A stretch of DNA of 64,000 nt from the human T2T-CHM13v2.0 reference genome, Homo sapiens (GCF_009914755.1 NC_060926.1); one strand, 5' to 3'. Numbered from the stretch's first letter, positions 27,685 to 40,492 are shown. Notes: generated by a model from the letters alone, not told the origin. Numbers and translations are program-made.

Positions 27685-27990
27685 TTATTTACTTCTTTAT
27701 GTTTTCAAGACAGGGTCTCACTCTGTTACCCAGCATAAAGTGCAGCGGTGTGATTATGGCTCATTGCAACCTTGAAATCTCAAGCTCAAGTGATTTTCCT
27801 ACCTCAGCCTACGGAGTAGCTGGAATCACAGGGGGCGTGCCACCAAACCTGATTAATTTTTGTATATATTTTTGGTAGTCACGGGGTTTCGCCATGTTGC
27901 CCAGGCTGCTCTTGAGATCCTGGGCTCGAGTCATCCACTCAATTCGGACTCCCAAAGTGCTGAGATTAGAGGCATGAGCCATCGGGCCCA
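27685..27990 (-). mobile_element. AluJ-like element
   Basis: agacagggtctcactctgttacccag...cccaaagtgctgagattagaggcatgagccatc. Confidence 0.88.
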
Positions 27991-28237
27991 ATTCCTGCTC
28001 TTGCTGATGTACCTGTCACCTGACACAGCCTTGACAGTCATAAGTAACAGGGTTATGAGGAGGTTCTAGGGCCCTGTGAGTTAAAAATCAGGATGAAAGG
28101 GAAAGGAGAATGGAAGCTCATCTTCATCCTCCCTCCTTGCCTACAGTTGTTTATTAAATTTATTCAGCAAAACAGCCAGACAATTGATCATTTCTGGCAA
28201 GACACACTGAATACATCTTAGGGTTTAACAGTTTGGG

Positions 28238-28243
28238 ATAGAT

Positions 28244-28287
<44 letters not shown>

Positions 28288-28634
28288 TAGATATAGATAT
28301 AGATATAAATATAGATATAGACATAGATATGGATAGATATAGATTTTTTTTGAGACAGAGTCTCCCTCTATCGCCCAGGCTGGAGTGCAGTGGAACAATG
28401 ATCGTAGCTCACTGCAACCTCTGCCTCCCAGTTTCAAACGATTCTCCTGCCTCGTCTCTCAAGTAGCTGAGATTACAGGCTCTCGCCAACATGCCCAGCT
28501 AATTTTTGTATTATTAGTAGAGACGGGGTTTCACCATGTTGGCCAGGCTGGTCTCCAACTCCTGACCTCAAGTGATCCACTGGGCTTAGCCTACCAGAGT
28601 GCTGGCATTACGGCATTAGCCAGCACACCCGGCC
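28238..28634 (-). mobile_element. AluS with a (GATA)n/(GATATA)n microsatellite at its tail
   Basis: tagatagataga run at 28238-28342, then tgagacagagtctccctctatcgcccaggctggagtgcagtgg...acacccggcc. Confidence 0.9.
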
Positions 28635-30199
28635 ATATTTTTAAGAAAATATTTGGTTATATTTAAAATTGGCATTTTCCTAGTTTGTTTTAACTTCCGC
28701 TTCTTCTATTTAGCACTCATTGCCCACTCCATAAGACAGGAGAGACAGCATTCTCCACTAGTTCTCCTCAGAGGGAGCTGGCTGAGGACAGTCAGTGAAA
28801 TCTTGGTAGTGAGCGTCAAATAGATTTTGTAATTTCATAGCAGATACAAGATACTAATACTGAACCTTTTTTTAATTACAATTATCTCTCACGGATAGAA
28901 AAAGGGAGTTCTTGAAACTCCAAGAGCTGGTTTTGGAAATAAAAAGCAAATCCTGGAAGATGTAGTATACTAAAGATGTAGTATTTTCCATGGATTACTG
29001 GGAAAATAAAGGATGATGGAAACTTTTTTATTTCCCAAAGTTCAGAATTCAAGATTGGACAGACTGCAGGAATAGGGGCCTGAGGGGATACAGGAGAGGT
29101 CGGCTATTGTTCAATTAAACTGCCCTTGGTTTACGGTGGGTGGGATGTGGATGGTGGTGGTGATGGCAGTTGATGTGGACCCACCAAGAGCCAAATATGT
29201 TTCTTGCGAAGAACCACAGAGTTGAAGGCACTGCTGCGTGGCTTCCTGGGCGGAGCCTGTGCCACTGGGAGTCTCACAGGAAAGTAATGTCGCGAGTAGG
29301 GCTTTAGGTCTGTAATCACCAAAGGGTTAGTGAAGTCCCTGTACAAGGAGACCTGAGGTCATGTCACTCAGTCTTAGTGAAATCACAGCAGCCAAGCAGA
29401 GCTTCTGAAACTTATTCTATCCTTGGAGGAGGTCTAGCAGAGACCACTGTCTGCATCTGGGAGATGTCAGAAGCACTGACATGCTGAGCAGAAGGCCCAG
29501 CAAAACGTAATCCAGCAGGTTTTGATAAATGACAATTTTGATATTAAGTTGTCATAAAAAACAATAAAAGGTTTTGAAATAAGTAAATGTATTATTTTTA
29601 CACAATGTGGTCATTGCCTAAAAATAAATCTGATTTCCATATTCTAACAGTAATGGTATAGAAAAATGTATGATTTGCATATAGTCACTTAAAATAATGC
29701 TCCAAAAATATTTATGAATTATTCATGAGCATGTCTGTCACTGCCATGAGGTGATATGATTAAAGTAATATTCGTATCAAAAGGACAAAATATCTTTTTT
29801 TCTGGTTAAAAAAATGAATCACATCAGAAATTATTGTCTATTCTAAGATGATGGATCCCATTGTGAATGAATTTAAAATTGTATTTCCAAGCAGAAATGT
29901 CAAAAAAAAGGAAATCATGAAATTTAGCAAGTAATTTGTCACACGTACAAAGAATGACAAGTCTTTAGAGTAGTTTTCCATTCATGAGTGAGAACACACA
30001 TCCAACCCAAAATCTATTGGTCTCACTCCCATAATCACCAGTGTGGAGACTAAAGGTAGTGCAATTTAAATCACATTCCTAACCAAAAAAAAGGTTCAAA
30101 AACAAAGAAAGGATGCTTCATAGAAAATATCTTGCAAAACAAAGAATGACATGTCTGTAGAAGGTATTCACAAGCAGGGACTCACATCTAACCAAAATT

Positions 30200-30313
30200 C
30201 TAGGGATTTCACCATCACAAACACTACTTTGGAGCCTGGAGATGCTGCACATCCTCCTGTGAGCAGAACACTCACTGGGACCCTGCACAGTGTGATGGCC
30301 CCAAACATAAAGC
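30200..30313 (+). pseudogene. V-kappa relic: FR3/CDR3 remnant with 12-RSS
   Basis: DFTITNTTLEPGDAA...C-EQ-like, then CACAGTG (30286-30292), 12-nt spacer, ACATAAAGC (30305-30313). Confidence 0.7.
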
Positions 30314-30801
30314 TCTCAAGGAAGCTCCGCCTCTCAGCGTGGAAGGAGAGGCTGCGGTGCCAGGGGATGTGTCCACAGAGAGTCGAGTCAGGTGGGCTCA
30401 GGCAGTTGCCTGGAGAGTCTTTGAGGAAGAGGACATGAGGCCTCAGTCACAGGTACATGCTCCTCTTCTGTGTGAACAGGGGCCAGGTCTCTCCAGGGCA
30501 CCTTCCAGAGCCTCTTCCTTCCTAACTCCTTGGGGTGCTCAAGCCCTACAGACCCTCCAGTGTTGGCTGCCACATCCTCACTGGACCAGCCGCTAAGGTT
30601 TCCTGCTGTCGTCATGGCTGCAGGGATGCTCAGTCACATCACTGGGAGGAGACCCTAGTGTGTCCCATCCTCAACTGCTACAGGCATACTTGACTTGAAC
30701 TATGTTTGTTTTGCTCCATTGAACATTTTATGTCACATTGTTCACAGTAGAGACATAACCCCTCCACCATTGACCCTTTCCACACTGCTGCACCCACCAG
30801 G

Positions 30802-30811
30802 TGATTTGCAT
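30802..30811 (+). promoter_or_regulatory. Ig V-kappa promoter decamer/octamer TGATTTGCAT
   Basis: Perfect decamer about 100 nt upstream of the leader ATG at 30909; flanks nearly identical to 26630-26750. Confidence 0.9.
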
Positions 30812-30908
30812 ATTGCACCCTAGGGGAGGACCTTCCCTTGTGAGTCTGAGGTAAAAGCTCAGCTCTAACCTTGCCTCGACAGATCAGGACTCCTCAGTTC
30901 ATCTCACA

Positions 30909-31627
30909 ATGAGGCTCCCTGCTCAGCTCCTGGGGCGGCTAATGCTCAAGATAGAAAAAATATGAGGTGGGAAAATGGGGTTGGAAGGTGAGTGCTGGGT
31001 GCTCCATAGCTTCCCCTATTTATTTCAACCGTGTGTTAGAGGTACATGGTCTATGCTCCAGGAAAGAGAATTCATATTTTTGTCTTAAGAATAATCAGGA
31101 TTCACCTCCAAGGAACAATGACCTCTGATTAAGATCTTGAAAATAAAGAGTTCCCTGCTGGCTGGTAAATAATGGGTTCATTTTAGAAAGTCTACTTTCC
31201 ATGATATAAATCAAAACTTGAAAATATATGTAACTGTAAATCAGTATCATAGGGAAATCATGAAAGCTGCTCATAATGTGTCTATACAACCTTGCACTTC
31301 TCTGTTATTATTTCAGGATCCAGTGGTGATATTGTGATCGCCCAGACTCCACTCTCCTGGCCTGTCACCTCTGGAGAGCTACCCACATATCCTGTAGGTC
31401 TAGTCAGAGCCTCTTGTCCAGTGATGGATACACCTATTCGTATTGGTTCCTGCAGAAGCCAGGCCAGTCTCCACAGCTCCTGATCTATTTTGTTTCAAAC
31501 CGGGCCTCTGGAGTCCCAGACAGGTTCAATGGCAGTGGGTCAGGCACTGATTTCACACTGAAAATCAGCCGGGTGGAGCTGAAGATGTTGGGGTTTATTA
31601 CTGCATGCAGGCTCTGCAGCTTCCTCC
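30909..31627 (+). pseudogene. IGKV2OR2-2: IGKV2-family orphon pseudogene (probably IGKV2OR2-2)
   Basis: Leader MRLPAQLLGRLML with its splice donor lost; V exon from 31317 [10 protein letters not shown]...(frameshift)...[62 protein letters not shown]...(1-nt loss)...[16 protein letters not shown]. Symbol inferred from order. Confidence 0.9.
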
Positions 31628-31655
31628 CACAGTGGTACAGCCCCATAGAGAAACC
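31628..31655 (+). other. 12-RSS
   Basis: CACAGTG, 12-nt spacer gtacagccccat, AGAGAAACC. Confidence 0.9.
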
Positions 31656-31940
31656 TCCCTTCTGGGGTGTCCCAGCTGCTCACATGCACTGCTTGTCTGG
31701 GGAGCAGCTCAGCAGGGTCTCTCAGTCTGCAGAAGAGGAGGCTGTTGGAGAATTCAGGGCAGAGTTTGCTGCTGAGGACTCTGGCCCATGAAAGCCTCAG
31801 CTGCACCTCAGTCCCACATGTTAAGGCTCCATCGGCTGCCACATGTAGCCACCTGCTCTGGGAACAGCCAGCTCTGATGAAGGAAGAGTGAATGAAGCTC
31901 ATCCTCACCCTCCTTGTCTGGCCCACATTTGTTGCATCCA

Positions 31941-33471
31941 TTTATTTGCAGAACAATCAGATCATGGATGCAGATTAGTGGTAACACAAGTGAAATGCAT
32001 GTTGCAAACGACTGGTCTGGGGATAGTTTTATACATGGTAACAGTTGTTCATGTTGAGAAATTGCTATCTTCCCACTTTCCAAACTTTCTCTCTCCTTTA
32101 CCACTCACACGAACCTGCCCTCCCTAGTATTATGGTGGAGAAAGCATTCTGCACCAGCTATTTTCACGGGAGTATGGCTAAGAATAATTAGTTATAATGT
32201 TTGATTTTTTTTTTACTTCTTATAGATTTTTAAAATCCAGGGGAAATATAAATCCTAATCCCGAAATAGTTTGATTTACCTCAATTACCTTTTGCTGACT
32301 GAAAATGGAGTTCTTACAATTCCAAAAGTGGGATTTGAAAATAAACAAAATAACTCAGAAGGAAAACATAAAGTTTATATAACGTATCACAGGAACAATG
32401 CAGAATTGCATGAGATTTTTATTTTCTTCTCAAATTCTTAGAATTTTAAAAGTATTTTACTGACATAGTACTTTAGAGAGGAAATATCTAGTACTATGTT
32501 GTCATAAGAAAATCATTCGAAGAATGAATAAATGCATTATTTTTACATGACCCTATTTTTTTCCTGAAAATAAATCTGAATCGTCTATTTTAGTTGTAAA
32601 TGCATAGAAAAATTATGCCCTTAATAGATTCTATTAACTCGTCATTTAGCATTAGGTATGTCTCCTAATGCCATCCTTCATCCCTCCCCCCACCCCACAA
32701 CAGTCCCCGGAGTGTGATGTGCCCCACCCTGTGTCCATGTGTTCTCATTGTTCAATTCCCACCTATGAGTGAGAGCATGCGGTGTTTGGTTTTTTGTCCT
32801 TGCCAGAGTTTGCTGAGAATGATGGTTTCCAGCTTCATCCATGTCCCTACAAAGGACATGAACTCTTCATTTTTTATGGCTGCATAGTATTCCATGGTGT
32901 ATATGTGCCACATTTTCTTTATCCAGTCTATCTTTGTTGGACATTTGGGTTCGTTCCAAGTCTTTGCTATTGTGAATAGCGCCGCAATAAACATACGTGT
33001 GCATGTGTCTTAATGGGTGCAGCACACCAACATGGCACATGTATACATATGTAACAAACCTGCACATTGTACACATGTACCCTAAAACTTAAAGTATAAT
33101 AATAATAAAATAAAAATTAAAATAAATAAATAAATAGATTCTATTGACAATAATGTTCTAAATTTATATGCTTTCTTAATATGAGGGCTACGGTCTGATA
33201 CATACCTGTATACATTTTGCCATGGAACTTTTAAACCTAACAAATGCTTTCCGTTAAAAAAGCAATAGTGCTTTCTTCACCATAATACTAGAGAGGGCAG
33301 TTTCGTGTGAGTGGTAAAGGAGCAAGTTTGGAAAGTGGGAAGACAGCAATTTCCCAATATGACCACCTGTTACCATGTATAAAACTATCCCCAAACCAGT
33401 CGTTTCTAACATGTATTTCACTTGTGTTACCACTTGCCTGCTTCCGTGATCTGATTGTTCTGCCAAATAAA
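31941..33471. repeat. ~205-bp inverted repeat pair (31941-32147 and 33268-33471)
   Basis: gcagaacaatcagatc...gtggtaacacaagtgaaat...ccactcacacgaa...tagtattatggtg on + recurs reverse-complemented; the ORF track shows the same AEQSDHG...TTGLGIVLYMVT...LLSSHFPN text on opposite strands. Confidence 0.9.
32634..33132 (+). mobile_element. 5'-inverted (twin-primed) L1PA 3' fragment with TSD
   Basis: Antisense L1 3' UTR at 32634-33010 joined to sense taatgggtgcagcacacc...poly-A at 33011-33132; TSD aatagattctatt at 32623-32635 and 33133-33145. Confidence 0.9.
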
Positions 33472-35029
33472 TTTACATGAACCCGAGTAATGAGTGATGT
33501 CTTTTACATGTGAAAACACTGTGTAGAGACACAAAAGGCTCATTGAATCTGATGCAGGCTAACAGCTTAAATTATACTTGAGATGATTTATGTCAAGATA
33601 ACGGATTCCACAGGAAGTGCAATTAAAATTCCCATGTGTCATTTCTGTTGGGTTGAAAAGTTGCATGGCAAAATGTATATAGATGTTTAGTAGACCATAG
33701 CCCTCAAATTAAGAAACATAAGCACTTAATATGTTATTCAAAAATACTAATTAATGTTTCTTTGAGCCTAAATGTTATTACAGAACGCAGTAAAAGAAAA
33801 TAAGATGTAAGTAGCAACAGCAGGAGATACAGCAATTCCGTTGTCACTTTAGCCCTCCTGTGATTGACAGCACCTAGTCACCTTGAGTTTCTGCTTTTCT
33901 GTGAGACAGAAGATAAAATCAAAACCCATTCAAGGCGGTTAGATATATTCTTAGGAAAAGCAAACAAATGTACAACCTACCTGATGCTGATATCGCAAAG
34001 GTCTATATTCTCAAGTCAAAATGGTGAAAAGTAAATGATTCCAAATCTGAAAGGAGAGAGACACAAGGAGAATCAGAGCATAATTAAATTTATTACAAAG
34101 AAACCTCAAAATATGGTGGACTAAATGTGACAAGGTTTCTGTGTCTGTGCCATGGCAGTGCAGAGGCAGGCACGTGGCCTTGGTGGTGTGGGTGGCTCTG
34201 CTCCATGAGGTCACTCAGGTGGACAGGAGGCACGACCACCCTGAGAGCACAGCCTTCCTCCTTCCTCACAGTCACTGCCCCCATGGTCATCCTCAACAGC
34301 ATGAGGTGGAACTGAATGGAGAGAAAGCTGTTTTCTTCTAAGGATCAAAAATAAATACAGAAACAAATAAAACCTCTAGCTTTCCATCAGGGACAAATGT
34401 ACTTTTGACTCAGTCACAGATTTGAGAAATTTTCCATTGAGCGGGTCTGCTGGTAAACCCACGTTCATTGTTTGTTTGTTTTAATCTGAAAATGTGTTTA
34501 CATGATTCTTGAAGATATTCTTTGACAAGAAACTTCCATATGTGGTAGCCTATTTGAAGTTGTCATTTACTATTTCATCATTGCTGCTAAAAAGTCATTT
34601 GTTTAAAAATCCGTGACTCTAACTGTTCTTGTTTGAAAGGAATACGTCTTTTTAAGATACTCAGATTCCTTTTAAGCTCTTCATCTGGCCCTCCTTTTTT
34701 CTGATTCAATGTATTGTTTAATTTTTTACTTATGACTAATTAATCAATTAATTTTCACAATCACAGAATCAAATGTCCGATAAGTTGCTATGTCAAAGAC
34801 CTGTCTGAAGATGGCAAAAACACTCCACAATAAACAAAAGACAACACCATGGTCTCAGGAACACTGGGAAAGTAGGAGTGCTGGTGTCCCATTCTCAACA
34901 GGGAGCCCGAAAGGTAGAGGCGGGTCTTTCTTGTGACCTGGGCACCGGGAAGGAGCCACCCATGTGCTGAGTTGTGGGAACCTGCCCCATTCTCTGAGAC
35001 TGGAAGCAAGGCCCTGGCTGTGTCCCACC

Positions 35030-35730
<701 letters not shown>

Positions 35731-35786
35731 CTGACTCATCCACTTTTCCCACTCTCTCTGAGCAGGATCAGCCTCAGGAGACCCTC

Positions 35787-36345
35787 GTGGACGTGGGGAC
35801 CTGGTGTTGCTCCTCTTCCTCCTGCTTTTCCAACTCTCTGGTGAAGAGGGAGAACTCGGGCTTCACCTTCAGTTTCTGTGCATTAAACATGAATTTAATG
35901 CAGTTTCTTTGCATTAAACATCCTTCAAGATGAAGTCTGTCGCCCATTTTGCTTGTTCATCAGAATTTAGTCAAACTGAATGAAGTAGTTATTTAGAATT
36001 AACATTTGGGGCTGTTCATAATTGTTCCCCACTTATGTGACTGTTGGGATATTGTGCGGTGCTCATCTCCAGGCCCCTCCCTGTGTTCCAGGAGACAGGG
36101 TCACTGTCACCAGCAGAGCCAGTCATGGAAATAACAGTGTCCTAGCCTAGCTCCACGGGAAATAAGGGCTGACACTGGTCTCCTGCTGGCTCCCACTGCC
36201 CCCTGGACACGATGCCCGCCTGGGTCAAGGGGGTGAGTCTGGACAGATGTCACTCTGGCCATCAACAGCCTAACTACCTTCATGACTTCCCATTGTGAAC
36301 AGAGTCCCAGAAGTTGCTTGAGCCATGAAAGTTGGACAGAGAAAT
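35787..36345 (+). pseudogene. Highly decayed V-kappa relic (leader plus V exon)
   Basis: Leader-like gtggacgtgggg...LLLFLLLFQLS followed by gtgaag (35787-35840); V exon from 36048 DIV...PGDRVTVTSRASHGNNSVLA*...TDVTLAINSL...HCEQS; heptamer eroded. Confidence 0.7.
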
Positions 36346-37084
36346 CCCACATCACTGCAGTCAGAGGGGGGCTGTGAAAAGACCGTAGGGGGGGGTTTCA
36401 TACTATGATCACGCAGTACTGAGCCATGGCTGCCACTCTGTCTGACGGGAGCCCCCGGGGGAAGATCCACTCACACTGTGCTCTAGAGGTCGTTTTTGTC
36501 ACCATCTTGGTTCTAGCTGGTTTGTGCCAGTTTCTGTAGCGCATCCTCTTTTGTCGAGATCCTGTTCCGGTCAGCGTTGTCATGACCAATGTTGGGATCG
36601 GTGCTCAGAACACAAGTCCTGATGATCTCCTACCTTACACTCGCTGCCTTCTGTGAATCAGATATTCTGATAAGGATCCTGTTGGATCCTACTCAAATCA
36701 GGGGCCACACAGACCCTCACTGAGGGCTGAGGACCACAGGCATCTGAAGATAAGCAGAGGTCCAGAGAATGATAGCCCCTGACTGTCCTCTGTGAAGACA
36801 GCTTCTCCCCAGATGGCTGAGGACTATCTTTGGCTGTGTCCTTCTTTCTGAGTGATAATGAGGGATAGAGCAGGTCTCTAAGCAAAACCACAACATTTCA
36901 GGGACAATGATACCTATGCAGGCCCTCCTATGTGTGCTGCTCTAACCTAGACATAGGTGGCACTAGATACGCTTAGGGAAGTGAGGAGATTTATAATCAG
37001 AAGGAAGAAAGAGAGAACGAGAGGAGGAGAGAGAGAGAGAAGAGCGTGTGATGTGTGTATAGTACCAACACTGAAGAGTCATTC

Positions 37085-37550
37085 TATAATGGTTTAGTGC
37101 TGAGTATGGTGCTCAAATGATCAGGCTGTATTCCATGGAAACTATACAGATACCTTTCACAGGAAAAGAGCCTTTGCACATGAAATTAAGGATCATAAAA
37201 CGGGCAGATTATCCTGTATTGACCAGGTGGGCCTTAAAGGGGCCTGTCTTTGTTAAATGTCATTTTTAAAAATCCTGCAGAAGAGAAGACCATCTGAAGA
37301 CAGCAACAGAGATTGAAATGATTTGGACTCAAGCCAATGAAAGCTTAAACCACCAAAAGCTCAAAGAAGTAAAAAAATAGACTTGCCCCTGGAGCCCCTG
37401 TAGCAGCTTTGTCTGATGACAGCCTGCTCCTGGCTGCTGAAACTGATGCTGGACTTTTGGCCTCCAGAACTATAAGAGAATATATTTCTATTTCTTTAAG
37501 CTACCAAAGTTTTGGTAATTTGTTATAGCAGCCCAAAAATACTAATACAA
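37085..37550 (+). mobile_element. MLT1 (MaLR) solo LTR
   Basis: ggaaaagagcctttgcacatgaaattaagg...tggacttttggcctccagaactataagagaat...tggtaatttgttatagcagccc. Confidence 0.8.
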
Positions 37551-39236
37551 ATGGGGCTTAGAATAAATCCAGCCTAAAGGTAGTATAATGATTGGGAATC
37601 TCCACGTTCCATTCTCTAATGTTACACATATTAGAAGATTTTATGAGGAAATAGCGTACAGGAAACCGCACAGTGTATACTGGAGCATCTGTTAATTATA
37701 TAATAAATGTTGATAATTCTTAGTAGAGCATGACATCTGGGTAGTAATATCTTATCTAGAATCTTCATTCTAAGATATTCAAGGATGCAGAAAAGGGGCC
37801 CTAAGTAGTCTTTTCATACATATATATGCATAGATACATTTCCTGGTGCATCAACTAGAGAAACCTTCAGGACAGCCCTTGATATCCTTGGTGCTACTTT
37901 TCACAGGTGAGTAAACTGTTCATCAGAGCACAGGGGTGGTTTGCCCAAAGATACACGGCCAGCAATTATCAGGGCTGAGCTTGGAACCCAGCTTAAATAT
38001 GTCGCTTCCACATGGCCACATTTGTTCCATGGAGGAATGAATGTCTTTTAAACTCAGAGAAGAGACAAAGCCGGAAGGGTGGTGTGGAATTCTCAGCAAG
38101 CGCCTTGCTACCTCTGAACCTTGCCATGATTACCACAATTATAAACTCAGGCCTTTCTGCAGTTTTGTCCACATAGCAAAACTTCCTCCAAGTCTTTAAA
38201 ATTTAAATGTCTTTCTTTCAGATTTGAGGGCAGGAGCACATCTCGCATTGCCCTGAACACTTTGTTTCTTTTCTACCATCCTCATCTCTCTGAGCCGGCT
38301 CTTCCCTCTCAAAATGTGTCCTATCAATCTGATTTCTTCTCCTAATGTGAAAACAAATGAACAAATAGTCCCCTACTTTTGTCATCTCCAGAGAACACAA
38401 GAGCTAATCACATACCCAGAGACTATGAGAGTTTAAAGGATTTATCCAAGAGCTTTTACACATAAGAAGTATTCTCCTGCTAGCCCTCTTCACAGTGAAA
38501 TGCCTGTGTGTCTTGTTAAAACTGACACTAAAAAATGACAAGATAGAGCCATTTTGAAGAACTGAGGGTGACCATTCCAAGATAATTCAGGTGTTTCCTA
38601 AATTTTCTGAATATCCCTATGCATTAAAAAAAAAGATGTGACAAGAATTCAGACCATACTGTCCAAGAAAGAATGTTTTTCCGCTTTCTTAGGTTGGCTC
38701 TTTCAGGGATAATGATGCCTATGCAGGCAGCATATTTATAATGCACAGGAAACACGGGGAGGAAACAAGGCAGTGAAGGAGGAAAGAAAGGAGGGACTCC
38801 AAAAGTCTCCTCAGCAAAGAGCTACCGCTGAGGATGGCTGGAGCTCAAGCCCACGTGGAAACAGGGGAAAATGTCTCAGTATTATTCCAGCTGAAAAGAG
38901 AGGGAGCTGGGGTATATACACCTCTCCTGTCCTCACTGATTGAGGGCTTTCTGAGAGGATGCTCATTCCAGGTGCTGTGAAAGGCCATGTGTGCAGGCAG
39001 GGCTGCCTTCTCCAGTTTGACATAGAGCAGTGAGGAACAGATATGGCCTTGGGGAGTCAGCAGAAGTACAGCAAAGGGGAAAGGCAAAGGGTAGCAAGAG
39101 TGACTGCTACATTCACCTCCCCGCACAAAAAAAATGTGTGTATTTCAATCCAGAGCTTCTTCTCTCTGAACCTAAATCTTAGCAAGCAGTTTGCCAGTAA
39201 TTTCCCTTGAAATTCAGGCCCCTGGAAAGCAGCAGG

Positions 39237-39842
39237 AGATCTGGGTACAGGCTATACCACTGTGGTCTGCTCACTCTTAGTGATGCGTGAGTAATGCTCC
39301 CTGGACTCCCCAGGTTCTAGTCTTCTCATGTCGATGTAGTTGATTCCACTTCCCTTGCTGCACAACCAGGCTGGGATGCCTGGGCAGAGGCAGACATGTG
39401 AGGTAGAGGGGTTCAAATCTGTTTCCAAGTTTTATCCAGATTCAAAGTATTTCTTCACGTACATGGGCGGTGGCTTGGCAGGAGATGCAGATTCTCTCTC
39501 CTGGAAGTGAGGCAAGGAGGCTGGCGTCTGGGTAAGGATGATGTCCCCACATACTGCTAAAGAGTCAAAGAGGAAAGTGGCATCGATGGTGCAGGGCAGA
39601 GACATGCACTGAGTAGCTGCTGCCCTCACTGAAGAGAAAGTGTTCACTGACTTGGCCTTTCCCCAGGACCTCTCCCTCCCCTGCTTTCCAGAAAGCCCAG
39701 TTTTTTGGGAGCTGTACCTGAACACCTGGGAACATTCCAGTGGGAAAGGCAGCTCAGAGCATTAGCAAGGGTAAGTTACCTTGTTCTTCTTCCTGTGGAG
39801 ACAATTGATCATATGGGTCAGCAAGACGTAGGTGCTGTCCAT
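39237..39842 (-). pseudogene. Inverted, highly divergent V-kappa relic, head-to-head with the IGKV1 orphon
   Basis: Acceptor ctctttag at 39557, then VCG-DIILTQTPASL...(frameshift) PGERICISCQAT...IL*IWIK...GIPAW..GSG...RRLEPGE..HY; CACAGTG on the minus strand at 39264-39258 with decayed nonamer; putative leader MDSTYVLLTHMINCL from 39842. Confidence 0.75.
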
Positions 39843-40409
39843 TTAGTCCCTGGTTATTACAGAGACCTATAGCTCTGGATTATGGAAGATCTGTGAGTGG
39901 CACAGGCATTGAGGAATCACAGCATCATTATTGTGCATCTGCAGGGAATGGCTTGAAAATAGACTGGTAATAACAAATGTTTCAGGTCACTACAAAATAC
40001 CTTTGAATATTTAAATATGCTTCTGACAAAGACTTTTTTCCCACATGAAACAATGGGAGCAACGTGACAATCACAGAGGTGTTGTTAGTATAACAAAGGG
40101 ATTGTCGCTCCCACAATGTCCACTTAAATAACTTGAAGACCTGATAGCCCCATTCTCTAAGACATTATCAGACATTCCCTACAAATGATCATACTCTCCT
40201 ATATACTCCCGATACAACTCTAAAATATATGACTCCATGTAGTCCCTAGGTTTGTATTAAATTTTGACTTTTTTCTCCCAAAATATCTCTTGTCGAAACA
40301 ACGGATGTAGAGAGAAATACATTCCCTCCAGGCAAATCTGTCAGGCCTGGTCTGACCTGGGACCCTGCGGACACTGCCCCTTTGCTGAGTTACCGAGATG
40401 AGCCAGCCC

Positions 40410-40492
40410 CGTGGCTGTGCCCAGCCTGCCCCATCCCCTGCTGATTTGCGTGTCCTAGAGCGCAGCCCCCTGCCCTGAAGACTTCTTAATAG
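40410..40492 (+). promoter_or_regulatory. IGKV1-type promoter with mutated octamer
   Basis: Pentadecamer-like gtggctgtgcccag at ~40411; TGATTTGCGT at 40442-40451 (A>G in the octamer); ttaata TATA-like at ~40486. Confidence 0.8.

Noticed and set aside
29671-29680. Perfect TGATTTGCAT decamer ~600 nt upstream of the relic RSS at 30286
   Set aside because: The spacing is suggestive, but no leader exon is recognisable and the homologous flank at ~32600 lacks the motif; probably chance in AT-rich DNA.
36474-36499. CACTGTG followed by CGTTTTTGT, resembling a J-type RSS
   Set aside because: Heptamer and nonamer are in the wrong relative order and 10 nt apart; no FGxG J segment follows.
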